64,000 nucleotides of DNA from Betaproteobacteria bacterium. GTDB lineage: Bacteria; Pseudomonadota; Gammaproteobacteria; Burkholderiales; Burkholderiaceae_C. The first letter of the stretch is position 1. Each line of letters opens with the position of its first letter. The notes beneath the pieces are model-generated. The model worked only from the letters and a program-made list of their open reading frames with translations, was not told where the DNA came from and searched no databases. Made by a program: the position numbers and the translations under genes. The stretch covers positions 9,785 through 73,784 of the forward strand of contig RFNL01000372.1 of NCBI GenBank assembly GCA_009927195.1. The letters run 5' to 3'. Shown one piece after another: positions 38,142-46,373 of this stretch.

Positions 38142-38609
38142 TTAAGCATTTAAGGCAACAGCACCTTGCTGAACTGCTTTGACAATGTTTTGATAGCCAG
38201 TGCATCGGCAAAGGTTACCCTCTAGCTGCTCACGAATCACTTCTTCACTGGCATTGGGATGGCGTTTGCACAAATCAATGGCACTCAAGACCATCCCTGG
38301 GGTACAAAAACCACATTGGAGACCATGGCAATCCTTAAAAGCTGATTGCATGGGATGCAGAGATCCGTCTGCACTGGCCAGCCCTTCAATGGTGGTAATT
38401 TGAGCGCCATCCACTTGCGCCAATAAAACGTTGCAAGACTTGATGGCATTTCCATTGACGATCACTGTGCAGGCTCCACATTGCGCCGTATCACAACCCA
38501 CATGTGTACCGGTTAATTTGAGTTCTTCGCGGATTGCTTGCACCAACAAAAGGTTGGGAGGTGTGTCCAGTTGGTGTGATTTACCGTTGACGGTGACCTG
38601 AACTTTCAT
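38142..38609 (-). CDS. coxS: Molybdenum hydroxylase 2x[2Fe-2S] small subunit (CoxS)
   Basis: GTHVGCDTAQCGACTV, KSC, QCGFCTPG, GNLCRCTGY. Confidence 0.95.
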   Translation of the reverse strand: MKVQVTVNGKSHQLDTPPNLLLVQAIREELKLTGTHVGCDTAQCGACTVIVNGNAIKSCNVLLAQVDGAQITTIEGLASADGSLHPMQSAFKDCHGLQCGFCTPGMVLSAIDLCKRHPNASEEVIREQLEGNLCRCTGYQNIVKAVQQGAVALNA

Positions 38610-38846
38610 TGCTGACTCCTGTTGAAATTTAACGCGATCTGGGATGATTCACGGGACATAAGATGAAGTAGAACATCGAAGCATTGAAATGACTTAAGTG
38701 AAAACCCTCAATTGCGCTGATTGCCAAATGCATCAATGATGAGTTCTTATTTTTATAAGTCTTGTGGGAATCAAGACGATGCACTTCAAGGTTAGACTTG
38801 AATCCAGTGTGTGCATTTGCGCAAACTCCTAACTGAGGGATACGTC

Positions 38847-38990
38847 ATGGCAAAGGGTCAGCAAAAGTCAAATAAAGAGACAAAAAAGCCCAAAAAAGAC
38901 AATTCGGCTCCCAAGGTGTTGAGTGGGGAACCTGTTCGGGCGACCGTGACAACCACAATCATTCCGCGTGGAAAAGACAAGGGCAAATGA
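38847..38990 (+). CDS. Small Lys-rich protein, 47 aa (below the ORF-track cutoff)
   Basis: GAGGGA RBS at 38835-38840, ATG 38847, TGA 38988-38990; MAKGQQKSNKETKKPKKDNSAPKVLSGEPVRATVTTTIIPRGKDKGK. Confidence 0.78.
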   Translation: MAKGQQKSNKETKKPKKDNSAPKVLSGEPVRATVTTTIIPRGKDKGK

Positions 38991-39049
38991 AATCAGACAA
39001 GCAGCGATCACAAATTCCAGTTTGACCAACAATCAGTGAGAGTCATTTG

Positions 39050-40036
39050 ATGAAGTTCATCTCGCATGGGTCTGGTGGTGGACCCGATGTGTTGTGCGTT
39101 CAAGAGACAGATGTCCCTGCAATCAAGCCAGGGGAAATCCTCATCAAAGTAGCGTATGCGGGGGTCAATCGGCCGGATTGCGCGCAAAGAAGCGGCCGTT
39201 ACCCCCCACCGCCTGGCGCTTCGCCCATCATGGGGCTCGAGGTCTCAGGCCAGATTCAAGCCTTGGGTGAGGGTGTATCTGGCTGGTCCTTGGGCGATTG
39301 GGTTTGTGCACTTTGCAATGGAGGCGGTTACGCAGAATTCGTTGCAGTGCCTGCAGGTCAAGCCCTGAAAATCCCATCGGGCATGAGCCTTTTGGGTGCG
39401 GCTGCATTGCCTGAAAACTACTTTACAGTTTGGGTCAATGTATTTCAAAGAGGACGACTACAAAAAGGTGAGTTGCTTTTGGTCCATGGCGGATCATCGG
39501 GCATTGGTTTGACCGCAATTCAACTGGGCCATGAGTGGGGGGCCAAGGTTTATTGCACCGTGGGCAATGATGAAAAAGGTCAAGCCTGTATGAATGCTGG
39601 TGCAGTCGCTGCCATCAATTACAAAACCCAAGATTTCTTGGCGGAAATTCAAAGACTGACTGATGGTCACGGTGTCAATATGGTCTTGGATATGGTGGGT
39701 GGGGACTACGTAGATCGCAATCTCAAGGCACTCGCCATGGATGGCCGATTGGTCCAAATCGCTTTTTTAAGGGGTGCCAAAGCCAGCATGGACTTGACCC
39801 CTTTGATGGTGAAACGAATCGTTTATACCGGCTCTACACTAAGGCCACGCACCCCAGCAGAAAAAGCCTTGATAGCCAGTGAATTGCAAGCGCAAGTTTG
39901 GCCCATCCTGTCTCAGGGAAGGGCAAGACCGATCATTCATGAAGTTTTTGAACTCGATCAAGCTGCCCTGGCCCATGAATTGATGGAGTCTTCCGCGCAC
40001 ATTGGAAAAATCATGTTGAAAGTCTGTGGCGAGTAA
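39050..40036 (+). CDS. NAD(P)H-quinone oxidoreductase (PIG3/zeta-crystallin family)
   Basis: GVNRPD..QR.G.YPPPPGAS..GLEVSG, GGGYAE, AAALPE, HGGSSGIG, GSTLRPR, HIGKI.L. Confidence 0.95.
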   Translation: MKFISHGSGGGPDVLCVQETDVPAIKPGEILIKVAYAGVNRPDCAQRSGRYPPPPGASPIMGLEVSGQIQALGEGVSGWSLGDWVCALCNGGGYAEFVAVPAGQALKIPSGMSLLGAAALPENYFTVWVNVFQRGRLQKGELLLVHGGSSGIGLTAIQLGHEWGAKVYCTVGNDEKGQACMNAGAVAAINYKTQDFLAEIQRLTDGHGVNMVLDMVGGDYVDRNLKALAMDGRLVQIAFLRGAKASMDLTPLMVKRIVYTGSTLRPRTPAEKALIASELQAQVWPILSQGRARPIIHEVFELDQAALAHELMESSAHIGKIMLKVCGE

Positions 40037-40229
40037 CGGTTGTCGTGGTTTTCACCCCGCATCCTGTTTACCAATATGAAAAAAGAATGCTTGATTGATG
40101 TCACAAATTTGATCATCTCGTTGGCGTTATCAGCGCAATGTTGCTCTACAATAGTGTGAAAACGCTATTTCATGACTTAAAAAATGCATGCGTTTCACTT
40201 ATTTTTCCCTCCTGGAATGAAAGATCAAC

Positions 40230-40577
40230 ATGTCGAATGCACTGCTAGACAATCAAAGCATCACCATCGGTCAAGGTGTCACTTTCAAAGGTTCTTTAAA
40301 TGTGCCCAGCAAAGCCATTATCAATGGCACAGTTGATGGTGATCTCACGGCAGATGAATTGGAAATCGGTCCAACTGGAAAAATCACTGGGTTGATCACT
40401 GCCCGAAAAATTGATGTGCAAGGTGAATTACACCAAGTCATTACCTGCAAGGATCACCTGATGATTCGTTCCACCGGAAAAGTCAGTGGCGCCATTGAAT
40501 ACTCCGAAATCGAAATTGAGCGGGGTGGTCAATTCCGCGGGGAAATGAAACAAGTGGGCATCAAAACTTTTGGTTGA
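40230..40577 (+). CDS. Bactofilin (polymer-forming cytoskeletal protein), copy 1
   Basis: TIGQGVTFKG, INGTVDGDL, IG.TGKITG, I.STGKVSG.I.Y..IEIE.GG.F.G beta-helix pattern. Confidence 0.9.
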   Translation: MSNALLDNQSITIGQGVTFKGSLNVPSKAIINGTVDGDLTADELEIGPTGKITGLITARKIDVQGELHQVITCKDHLMIRSTGKVSGAIEYSEIEIERGGQFRGEMKQVGIKTFG

Positions 40578-40675
40578 TCAAGCCAGTCAAACCTTTTGAA
40601 GTATATGCTGGGGGTTGGTCGAGTAAAAAATTGGGTGTTGTGCTGATAGGATCAGGGTTTTTTTGAGAGGCAGTC

Positions 40676-41248
40676 ATGGAATCAACAAATCCCGAAGAGT
40701 TACTCGAAACGCATTCAGATCCCTTTAAATCTCGATGTGCTTTATTGGTATCCATTTTGGCAATGGTCTTGGCATTGGCCAGTTTAGGTGGCAGTAACGC
40801 CTCCAAGGAAGCCACCATGCACAATATCTTGGCTGCCAACGCATATGCTTTCTATCAGGCCAAAAACATCCGGCAAACCAGTTATAAACTGGCTGCTGAC
40901 GACTTTCAAGTCATGTTGGCAACTGAAAAATTAACTCCAGCTGTTCGTGATTTGCTGGAAAACAAGTTGCAGTCGTATAAAAAAAATATAGACCGATATG
41001 AGTCCGAGCCTGAAACCAAAGAAGGCAAAAAAGAATTGATGCTGCAAGCCAAAGAACATGAGCACGAACGTGATTTGGCTTTGAGGCGTGACCCTTGGTT
41101 TGATTATGCCGAGGCCTTGCTGCAAATTGCAATTGTTTTGACCTCGGTTGCCTTGATCACCAGTGTTCGATTGTTGCTGGGTGTTTCCATGACTTTGGGT
41201 GCTTTGGGTGTATTTTGCACACTCAATGGTTATTTGCTCTTTGTTTAA
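40676..41248 (+). CDS. DUF4337-like membrane protein
   Basis: TM, then NAYAFYQAKNIRQ, charged helical region, FDYAEALLQIAIVL.S, two C-terminal TMs; GAGAGG RBS. Confidence 0.8.
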   Translation: MESTNPEELLETHSDPFKSRCALLVSILAMVLALASLGGSNASKEATMHNILAANAYAFYQAKNIRQTSYKLAADDFQVMLATEKLTPAVRDLLENKLQSYKKNIDRYESEPETKEGKKELMLQAKEHEHERDLALRRDPWFDYAEALLQIAIVLTSVALITSVRLLLGVSMTLGALGVFCTLNGYLLFV

Positions 41249-41282
41249 ATCCCAACATTGATTTTCACAAAGGGCTTTGCAC

Positions 41283-41618
41283 ATGGCCACTTCTTTTTCT
41301 AATGATTTACCCAGTCTGACGATTGGTTCCGGGGTGACTGCCAAGGGGATTTTAAATGTTCCCGGGAAAGCAACCATCAACGGAACCATTGAGGGCGAAC
41401 TGACAGCTGATGAGGTTCTTGTAGGAGAAACAGGAAAATTTAACGGAAAGTTGAAAGCACGCCGCGTAGAAGTTTTTGGCAAACTTGGCCAAGTCATCGA
41501 CTGTCAAGAGTCACTGATCATCAGACAATCGGGCAAGGTGAATGGAAGGCTCGACTATGCTGAAATAGAGATTGATAAAGGCGGCGAATTTGTTGGACAA
41601 CTGAATAAACGCAAGTGA
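41283..41618 (+). CDS. Bactofilin, copy 2
   Basis: TIGSGVTAKG, INGTIEGEL, VG.TGKFNG, SGKVNG.L.Y.EIEI.KGG.F.G; aligns by eye without gaps to copy 1. Confidence 0.9.
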   Translation: MATSFSNDLPSLTIGSGVTAKGILNVPGKATINGTIEGELTADEVLVGETGKFNGKLKARRVEVFGKLGQVIDCQESLIIRQSGKVNGRLDYAEIEIDKGGEFVGQLNKRK

Positions 41619-41622
41619 TCTT

Positions 41623-42375
41623 ATGTCGGGATTGCTGGCATGGCCAATACCTGCATTGCTGATTTGGTCTGTTACCTGGCTTTTGTATATTTTCCTCAGC
41701 CATACCTCTCTGGCCATGCCCTGGCCCGGATTGATTCCTGTGATTCTGGGCGTTTTTCTGAGTGTTTTGGGCAGCACGCGAATGAGGCAGGCTTTGTTGG
41801 CTCTTGGATTTCCCTTGTCATGGTGGTTGACATCCTCTGTGACTTTACCCGCATGGTTCTGGCTGGCACCGTTGTTTGCGGCACTGCTGGTTTATCCGGT
41901 TCATTCATGGAGGGATGCCCCCTTATTTCCAACCCCATTACAGGCGCTCATCAAACTTCCTCACAAAGCGCCATTGAAAGCAGGCTCAATCGTATTTGAT
42001 GCAGGCTGTGGTTTGGGCGATGGTTTAAAGGCACTCAAACTGGCTTATCCGATGGCAACTTTTTGGGGTGTCGATGCCAGTTGGCCGCTCAGATGGTTGG
42101 CGGCTTTGCGTTGTCCTTGGGCGCGCATCTGGCATGGTGATATTTGGACGCTGTCTTGGCGCCAATGTGACATGGTTTACTTCTTTCAGAGGCCTGAGTC
42201 CATGCCCCGTGCTGCCCAAAAAGCTTTTGACGAACTCAAACCTGGCGCTTGGTTGGTGAGTTTGGAATTTGAGGCCAAGGATTTAATTCCTACTGCGACC
42301 ATTGAGGCCAGCGCCAACAGACCCATCTGGATGTATCAGCAACCCCTGAAATGGGTCCACCAGACTCATGATTGA
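41623..42375 (+). CDS. Membrane-anchored class I SAM-dependent methyltransferase
   Basis: N-terminal TM helices, DAPLFPT, motif I FDAGCGLGDG, YFFQRPESM, LVSLEF. Confidence 0.85.
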   Translation: MSGLLAWPIPALLIWSVTWLLYIFLSHTSLAMPWPGLIPVILGVFLSVLGSTRMRQALLALGFPLSWWLTSSVTLPAWFWLAPLFAALLVYPVHSWRDAPLFPTPLQALIKLPHKAPLKAGSIVFDAGCGLGDGLKALKLAYPMATFWGVDASWPLRWLAALRCPWARIWHGDIWTLSWRQCDMVYFFQRPESMPRAAQKAFDELKPGAWLVSLEFEAKDLIPTATIEASANRPIWMYQQPLKWVHQTHD

Positions 42376-42425
42376 TGATGGAAAATTTATTGAGATGAAC
42401 GTGGTCCAACCCAATTCAATGGCTT

Positions 42426-43028
42426 ATGCTTTACAACAAAAATGACGCCCAACTGCTTTTGATTTCCTGTCAGCTGTCTGTGCTGCAAAAAAGCTTTGAG
42501 GCCGAGGAAATTTCCAGCCAACTTGTAAAGTTGGTTCGTATTGCAAATATATTTCAATTGCCCATTTGGTCTGTCTTAAATTTACCCAAACTTTGGGGGG
42601 CGCAGATAGAAGCATTAATGCCTTTTTGTCCCCAACCAATAGAAAGCGCATCTTTCAACGCTGTGGATCTGTTGGCACCCATTTTGAATCCCTCTCACAG
42701 ACCTGTCGGCGGAAATGCCCGCAGTCTGCCGAAACATCTTCAAAAGCAGATTGAGCCTGCTGAACCCGAACGCCCTGTCATCGTTTTGGCGGGTTGCATG
42801 GTCCACGTGGGCGTGATGCAAACTGCTCTTGCACTCATGGATGGCGGATATGAGCCATTGGTCGTGGTCGATGCATGTACCGCACCAAACACGAGAGACA
42901 GAGATGCCGCATTTGATCGTTTGGCTGCAGCGGGGGTGGAACTCACAACCGTGGAAATGTTGAGCTTGGAGTGGCTTCAATCCACTGAGGCTTCCGAATC
43001 CGCTGCCGTGCTCAATCAACTCTTCTGA
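42426..43028 (+). CDS. Isochorismatase-family protein with degenerate catalytic residues
   Basis: Fold motifs VLAG...HV.VMQTAL, VVVDAC, A..RL...G....TVEM...EWL are present; the catalytic Asp and Cys positions read S and G. Confidence 0.8.
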   Translation: MLYNKNDAQLLLISCQLSVLQKSFEAEEISSQLVKLVRIANIFQLPIWSVLNLPKLWGAQIEALMPFCPQPIESASFNAVDLLAPILNPSHRPVGGNARSLPKHLQKQIEPAEPERPVIVLAGCMVHVGVMQTALALMDGGYEPLVVVDACTAPNTRDRDAAFDRLAAAGVELTTVEMLSLEWLQSTEASESAAVLNQLF

Positions 43029-43329
43029 AATTTGCCACATAAATGTGGATCGAGAGGGTGGCCAGTCAGGTGGCGTGGCAGAAATTGTCATGACTTTGCC
43101 ATCTTGATGCTGCCCCAGAACCAACATGCTATGGGAGTTCGCAAAGCCAATCGCTTTGCATGAAAGCGTAAATTTGACGACATCACCCGGATGGCATGTC
43201 CTTCTGCCGTCAAGCAAATTCGATTTCAATTTCAAAGTAATCAATGGTTAATGTCACAAAATTGGCAGAAACCATGTTGTAAACCGTGCCACAATGACTG
43301 CGTACCTAGGCCCTTCCCAGCCACAGTCG

Positions 43330-43412
43330 CATCCGCCAATCGGTTAAGCCGTGTCGCGGAAGGTTTCTTTCAACCAACTAATGCTCCCTCAAGGGGGGTG
43401 GAGGTCAGCGAA
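43330..43412 (+). ncRNA. sucA RNA motif (Burkholderiales cis-regulatory leader)
   Basis: tccgc-caatcggttaagccgtgtc-gcgga stem, then aggtt..aacc, then ctccctc-aa-gggggg stem running into the GGAGG RBS directly upstream of sucA; matches the Rfam sucA consensus as I recall it. Confidence 0.85.
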
Positions 43413-46292
43413 ATGAGTGATTCATCGCCTGGCGGCGTGTCCGTCTATCAAGCCTACTCTGGCAATACATACCTTTTTGGCGGCAACGCCCCTTACGTCG
43501 AAGAGATGTATGAAAATTACCTGACCCATCCAGGTAGCGTTCCTGATTCTTGGCGCTCTTACTTTGATGCGCTTCAGCACATGAATGCGGCCGATGGCAG
43601 CCATGCCAAGGATGTGGCGCACATGCCAGTGATCAATGCTTTTGCTGAGCGCGCAAAGTCAGGCGGTACGCGTGTTGTGATGGCCAGCAATGATGCCGAA
43701 ATGGGCCGTAAAAGAACCGCCGCCCAACAACTGATCGCTGCCTATAGGAACGTTGGGCAAAGATGGGCAAACCTGGATCCACTTCAGAGGACCGAACGCC
43801 CCAATATTCCAGAACTCGAACCAAGTTTCTATGGGTTTGCGGATGCCGATCAAGAAACCATTTTTGATACCAGCAATACCTTTTTTGGCCGCGACAGAAT
43901 GAGCCTGCGCGAGCTCATCAATGCCTTGCGTGAAACATATTGCGGGACATTGGGTTCTGAATACATGTACACCTCTGACATGGTGCAAAAGCGCTGGTGG
44001 CAACAAAAGTTGGAAAGCATACGCAGCAAACCAAATTTCACCGCTGAAAAGAAAAAACATATTTTGGAGAGACTGACCGCTGCTGAAGGTTTGGAGCGTT
44101 TCTTGCACACCAAATTTGTTGGTCAAAAACGCTTCTCTTTGGAAGGTGGTGAAAGTTTCATTGCCGCCATGGATGAGTTGATTCAAGGTGCAGGGTCTTT
44201 TGGCGTCCAAGAGGTGGTCATTGGCATGGCTCACCGCGGGCGCTTGAATGTGTTGGTCAACACCATGGGTAAGTTGCCCAAGGATCTCTTCGCTGAGTTT
44301 GATCACACAGCTCCCGAAGATTTGCCCGCTGGTGATGTCAAATACCACCAAGGCTTTAGCTCTGATGTAACGACCCCAGGTGGGCCGGTACACCTGTCTT
44401 TGGCATTTAACCCCTCTCATTTGGAAATCGTCAATCCCGTGGTTGAGGGGTCGGTTCGCGCTCGAATGGATCGCAGAGGGGACCCTAAAGGCGACCAAGT
44501 ATTGCCTGTGCTGGTGCACGGCGATGCCGCATTTGGGGGGCAAGGCGTGAATCAGGAAACCTTGGCTTTGGCCCAAACCAGGGGCTATACCACTGGCGGC
44601 ACAGTGCACATCATCATCAATAACCAAATTGGATTCACCACTTCTGACCCCAGGGACATGCGATCCTCTGTGTTTTGTACCGATATTGTCAAAATGGTTG
44701 AGGCCCCTGTTTTGCACGTGAATGGTGATGATCCCGAAGCGGTTGTTTTGGCCACTCAACTGGCCCTGGAGTTTCGCATGACCTTCCGCCAAGATGTGGT
44801 GGTTGACATTACTTGTTTCCGCAAGCTGGGACATAACGAGCAAGACACGCCCAGCCTGACCCAACCGTTGATGTACAAAAAAATTGCGTCCCATCCCGGA
44901 ACCCGCAAACTTTACGCCGATAGATTGACTGCGCAAGGTTTGGGCGATCAGCTGGGTGACGATATGGTGAAAGCCTATCGTTTGGCCCTGGACGAGGGTA
45001 GACACACCACGGATCCCGTCCTCACCAATTTCAAAACCAAGTTCACAGTGGATTGGTCACCCTACTTGAGTAAAAAATGGACCGATGTGGGAGACACGGC
45101 CATACCTTTGGCCGAGTGGAAGCGACTGGCTGAAAAAATCTCCACTTTACCGTCGACCATCACGCCACATCAATTGGTTAAAAAAGTTTATGACGATCGT
45201 GCGGCAATGGGGCGGGGAGAGATCGCTGTCGATTGGGGCATGGGCGAACACATGGCTTTTGCTTCACTGGTCGCTTCAGGGTTTCCTGTTCGCTTATCGG
45301 GCGAAGATTCTGGACGTGGCACTTTCACCCATCGTCACGCCGTGATCCATGATCAAAATCGTGAAAAATGGGACATAGGCACTTATGTTCCGCTGCAAAA
45401 CGTCAGCGAAAAGCAAGCCCCTTTTGTGGTGATTGATTCCATTCTGTCTGAAGAAGCGGTTCTGGGATTTGAGTATGGGTATGCTTCAAACGATCCCAAT
45501 ACCTTGGTCATTTGGGAGGCTCAATTTGGCGATTTCGCCAACGGTGCACAAGTGGTGATTGATCAATTCATTGCCTCTGGCGAAGTCAAATGGGGCCGTG
45601 TGAACGGCATCACCTTGATGCTGCCCCACGGTTATGAGGGGCAAGGTCCTGAACACAGTTCCGCCAGAGTTGAACGTTTCATGCAATTGGCGGCCGATAC
45701 CAATATGCAAATTGTTCAGCCCACCACCGCCAGCCAAATTTTTCATGTGCTGCGCCGCCAAATGGTCCGCAACTTGCGAAAACCATTGATCATCTTCACA
45801 CCCAAATCCTTGCTCAGAAACAAAGATGCAGCCTCTCCCATCAATGAGTTCACCAAAGGTGGTTTTCAAACCATCATCCCAGACTCGGATCACGCTTTGG
45901 CCGAGAAAGTCACGCGAGTGGTGATTTGTTCTGGCAAGGTTTATTACGACTTGGCAAAAAAGCGTATAGAAAAAGGTCATGATGACACCGCCTTGTTGAG
46001 ACTTGAACAGCTGTACCCCTTTCCTCACAAAAGCTTTTCTGCCGAACTCAAGAAGTACCCCAACGCTCAGGAAATTGTCTGGTGTCAAGACGAACCTCAA
46101 AACCAAGGGGCTTGGTTTTTCATTCAACACAATCTCTATGAAAACATGTTGGACGGTCAAAAATTGGGTTATGCCGGAAGAGCCGCATCTGCCTCACCAG
46201 CAGTGGGTTACTCACACCTGCATCAAGATCAGCAAAAAGCGCTGGTGGATGCAGCTTTTTCCAAGCTCAAAGGTTTCATACTTACCAAGTAA
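43413..46292 (+). CDS. sucA: 2-oxoglutarate dehydrogenase E1
   Basis: KRFSLEGGE, GMAHRGRLN, DVKYH, TPP motif HGDAAF, NNQIGFTT, WEAQFGDF, PHGYEGQGPEHSS; GGAGG RBS before ATG 43413. Confidence 0.98.
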   Translation: MSDSSPGGVSVYQAYSGNTYLFGGNAPYVEEMYENYLTHPGSVPDSWRSYFDALQHMNAADGSHAKDVAHMPVINAFAERAKSGGTRVVMASNDAEMGRKRTAAQQLIAAYRNVGQRWANLDPLQRTERPNIPELEPSFYGFADADQETIFDTSNTFFGRDRMSLRELINALRETYCGTLGSEYMYTSDMVQKRWWQQKLESIRSKPNFTAEKKKHILERLTAAEGLERFLHTKFVGQKRFSLEGGESFIAAMDELIQGAGSFGVQEVVIGMAHRGRLNVLVNTMGKLPKDLFAEFDHTAPEDLPAGDVKYHQGFSSDVTTPGGPVHLSLAFNPSHLEIVNPVVEGSVRARMDRRGDPKGDQVLPVLVHGDAAFGGQGVNQETLALAQTRGYTTGGTVHIIINNQIGFTTSDPRDMRSSVFCTDIVKMVEAPVLHVNGDDPEAVVLATQLALEFRMTFRQDVVVDITCFRKLGHNEQDTPSLTQPLMYKKIASHPGTRKLYADRLTAQGLGDQLGDDMVKAYRLALDEGRHTTDPVLTNFKTKFTVDWSPYLSKKWTDVGDTAIPLAEWKRLAEKISTLPSTITPHQLVKKVYDDRAAMGRGEIAVDWGMGEHMAFASLVASGFPVRLSGEDSGRGTFTHRHAVIHDQNREKWDIGTYVPLQNVSEKQAPFVVIDSILSEEAVLGFEYGYASNDPNTLVIWEAQFGDFANGAQVVIDQFIASGEVKWGRVNGITLMLPHGYEGQGPEHSSARVERFMQLAADTNMQIVQPTTASQIFHVLRRQMVRNLRKPLIIFTPKSLLRNKDAASPINEFTKGGFQTIIPDSDHALAEKVTRVVICSGKVYYDLAKKRIEKGHDDTALLRLEQLYPFPHKSFSAELKKYPNAQEIVWCQDEPQNQGAWFFIQHNLYENMLDGQKLGYAGRAASASPAVGYSHLHQDQQKALVDAAFSKLKGFILTK

Positions 46293-46373
46293 AAACGCAC
46301 TTTGGGGGTCTGTCCTGTGTCCGTCAAGAGGCCTGGATCCCTTTGCCAATGAACAATTTCAGGAAATCAAAAA

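Noticed and set aside
38784-38803. SoxR box
   Set aside because: Arms resemble TCAAG/CTTGA but the spacer is 6 nt rather than 4, and no MerR-type promoter spacing is evident.
40090-40152. CRP/FNR site and sigma70 promoter upstream of bactofilin 1
   Set aside because: Only one good half-site (tcaca), and the TACAAT lacks a properly spaced -35; too weak to call.
42615-43244. 209-aa minus-strand ORF spanning the sucA upstream spacer
   Set aside because: Mostly antisense to the isochorismatase gene, with no recognisable domain.
43191-43412. N-terminal extensions in the ORF track (sucA, tssH, coxM, bpt, hisS, hemerythrin, rluB, hns)
   Set aside because: The extensions overlap neighbouring genes or an RNA leader; downstream starts have RBSs or coupling overlaps and match family N-termini.
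43659-45005. 448-aa antisense ORF inside sucA (also 6172-6816, 59554-60369, 57695-58426 and similar)
   Set aside because: They lie opposite well-conserved genes and show no recognisable motifs; typical shadow ORFs from codon bias.
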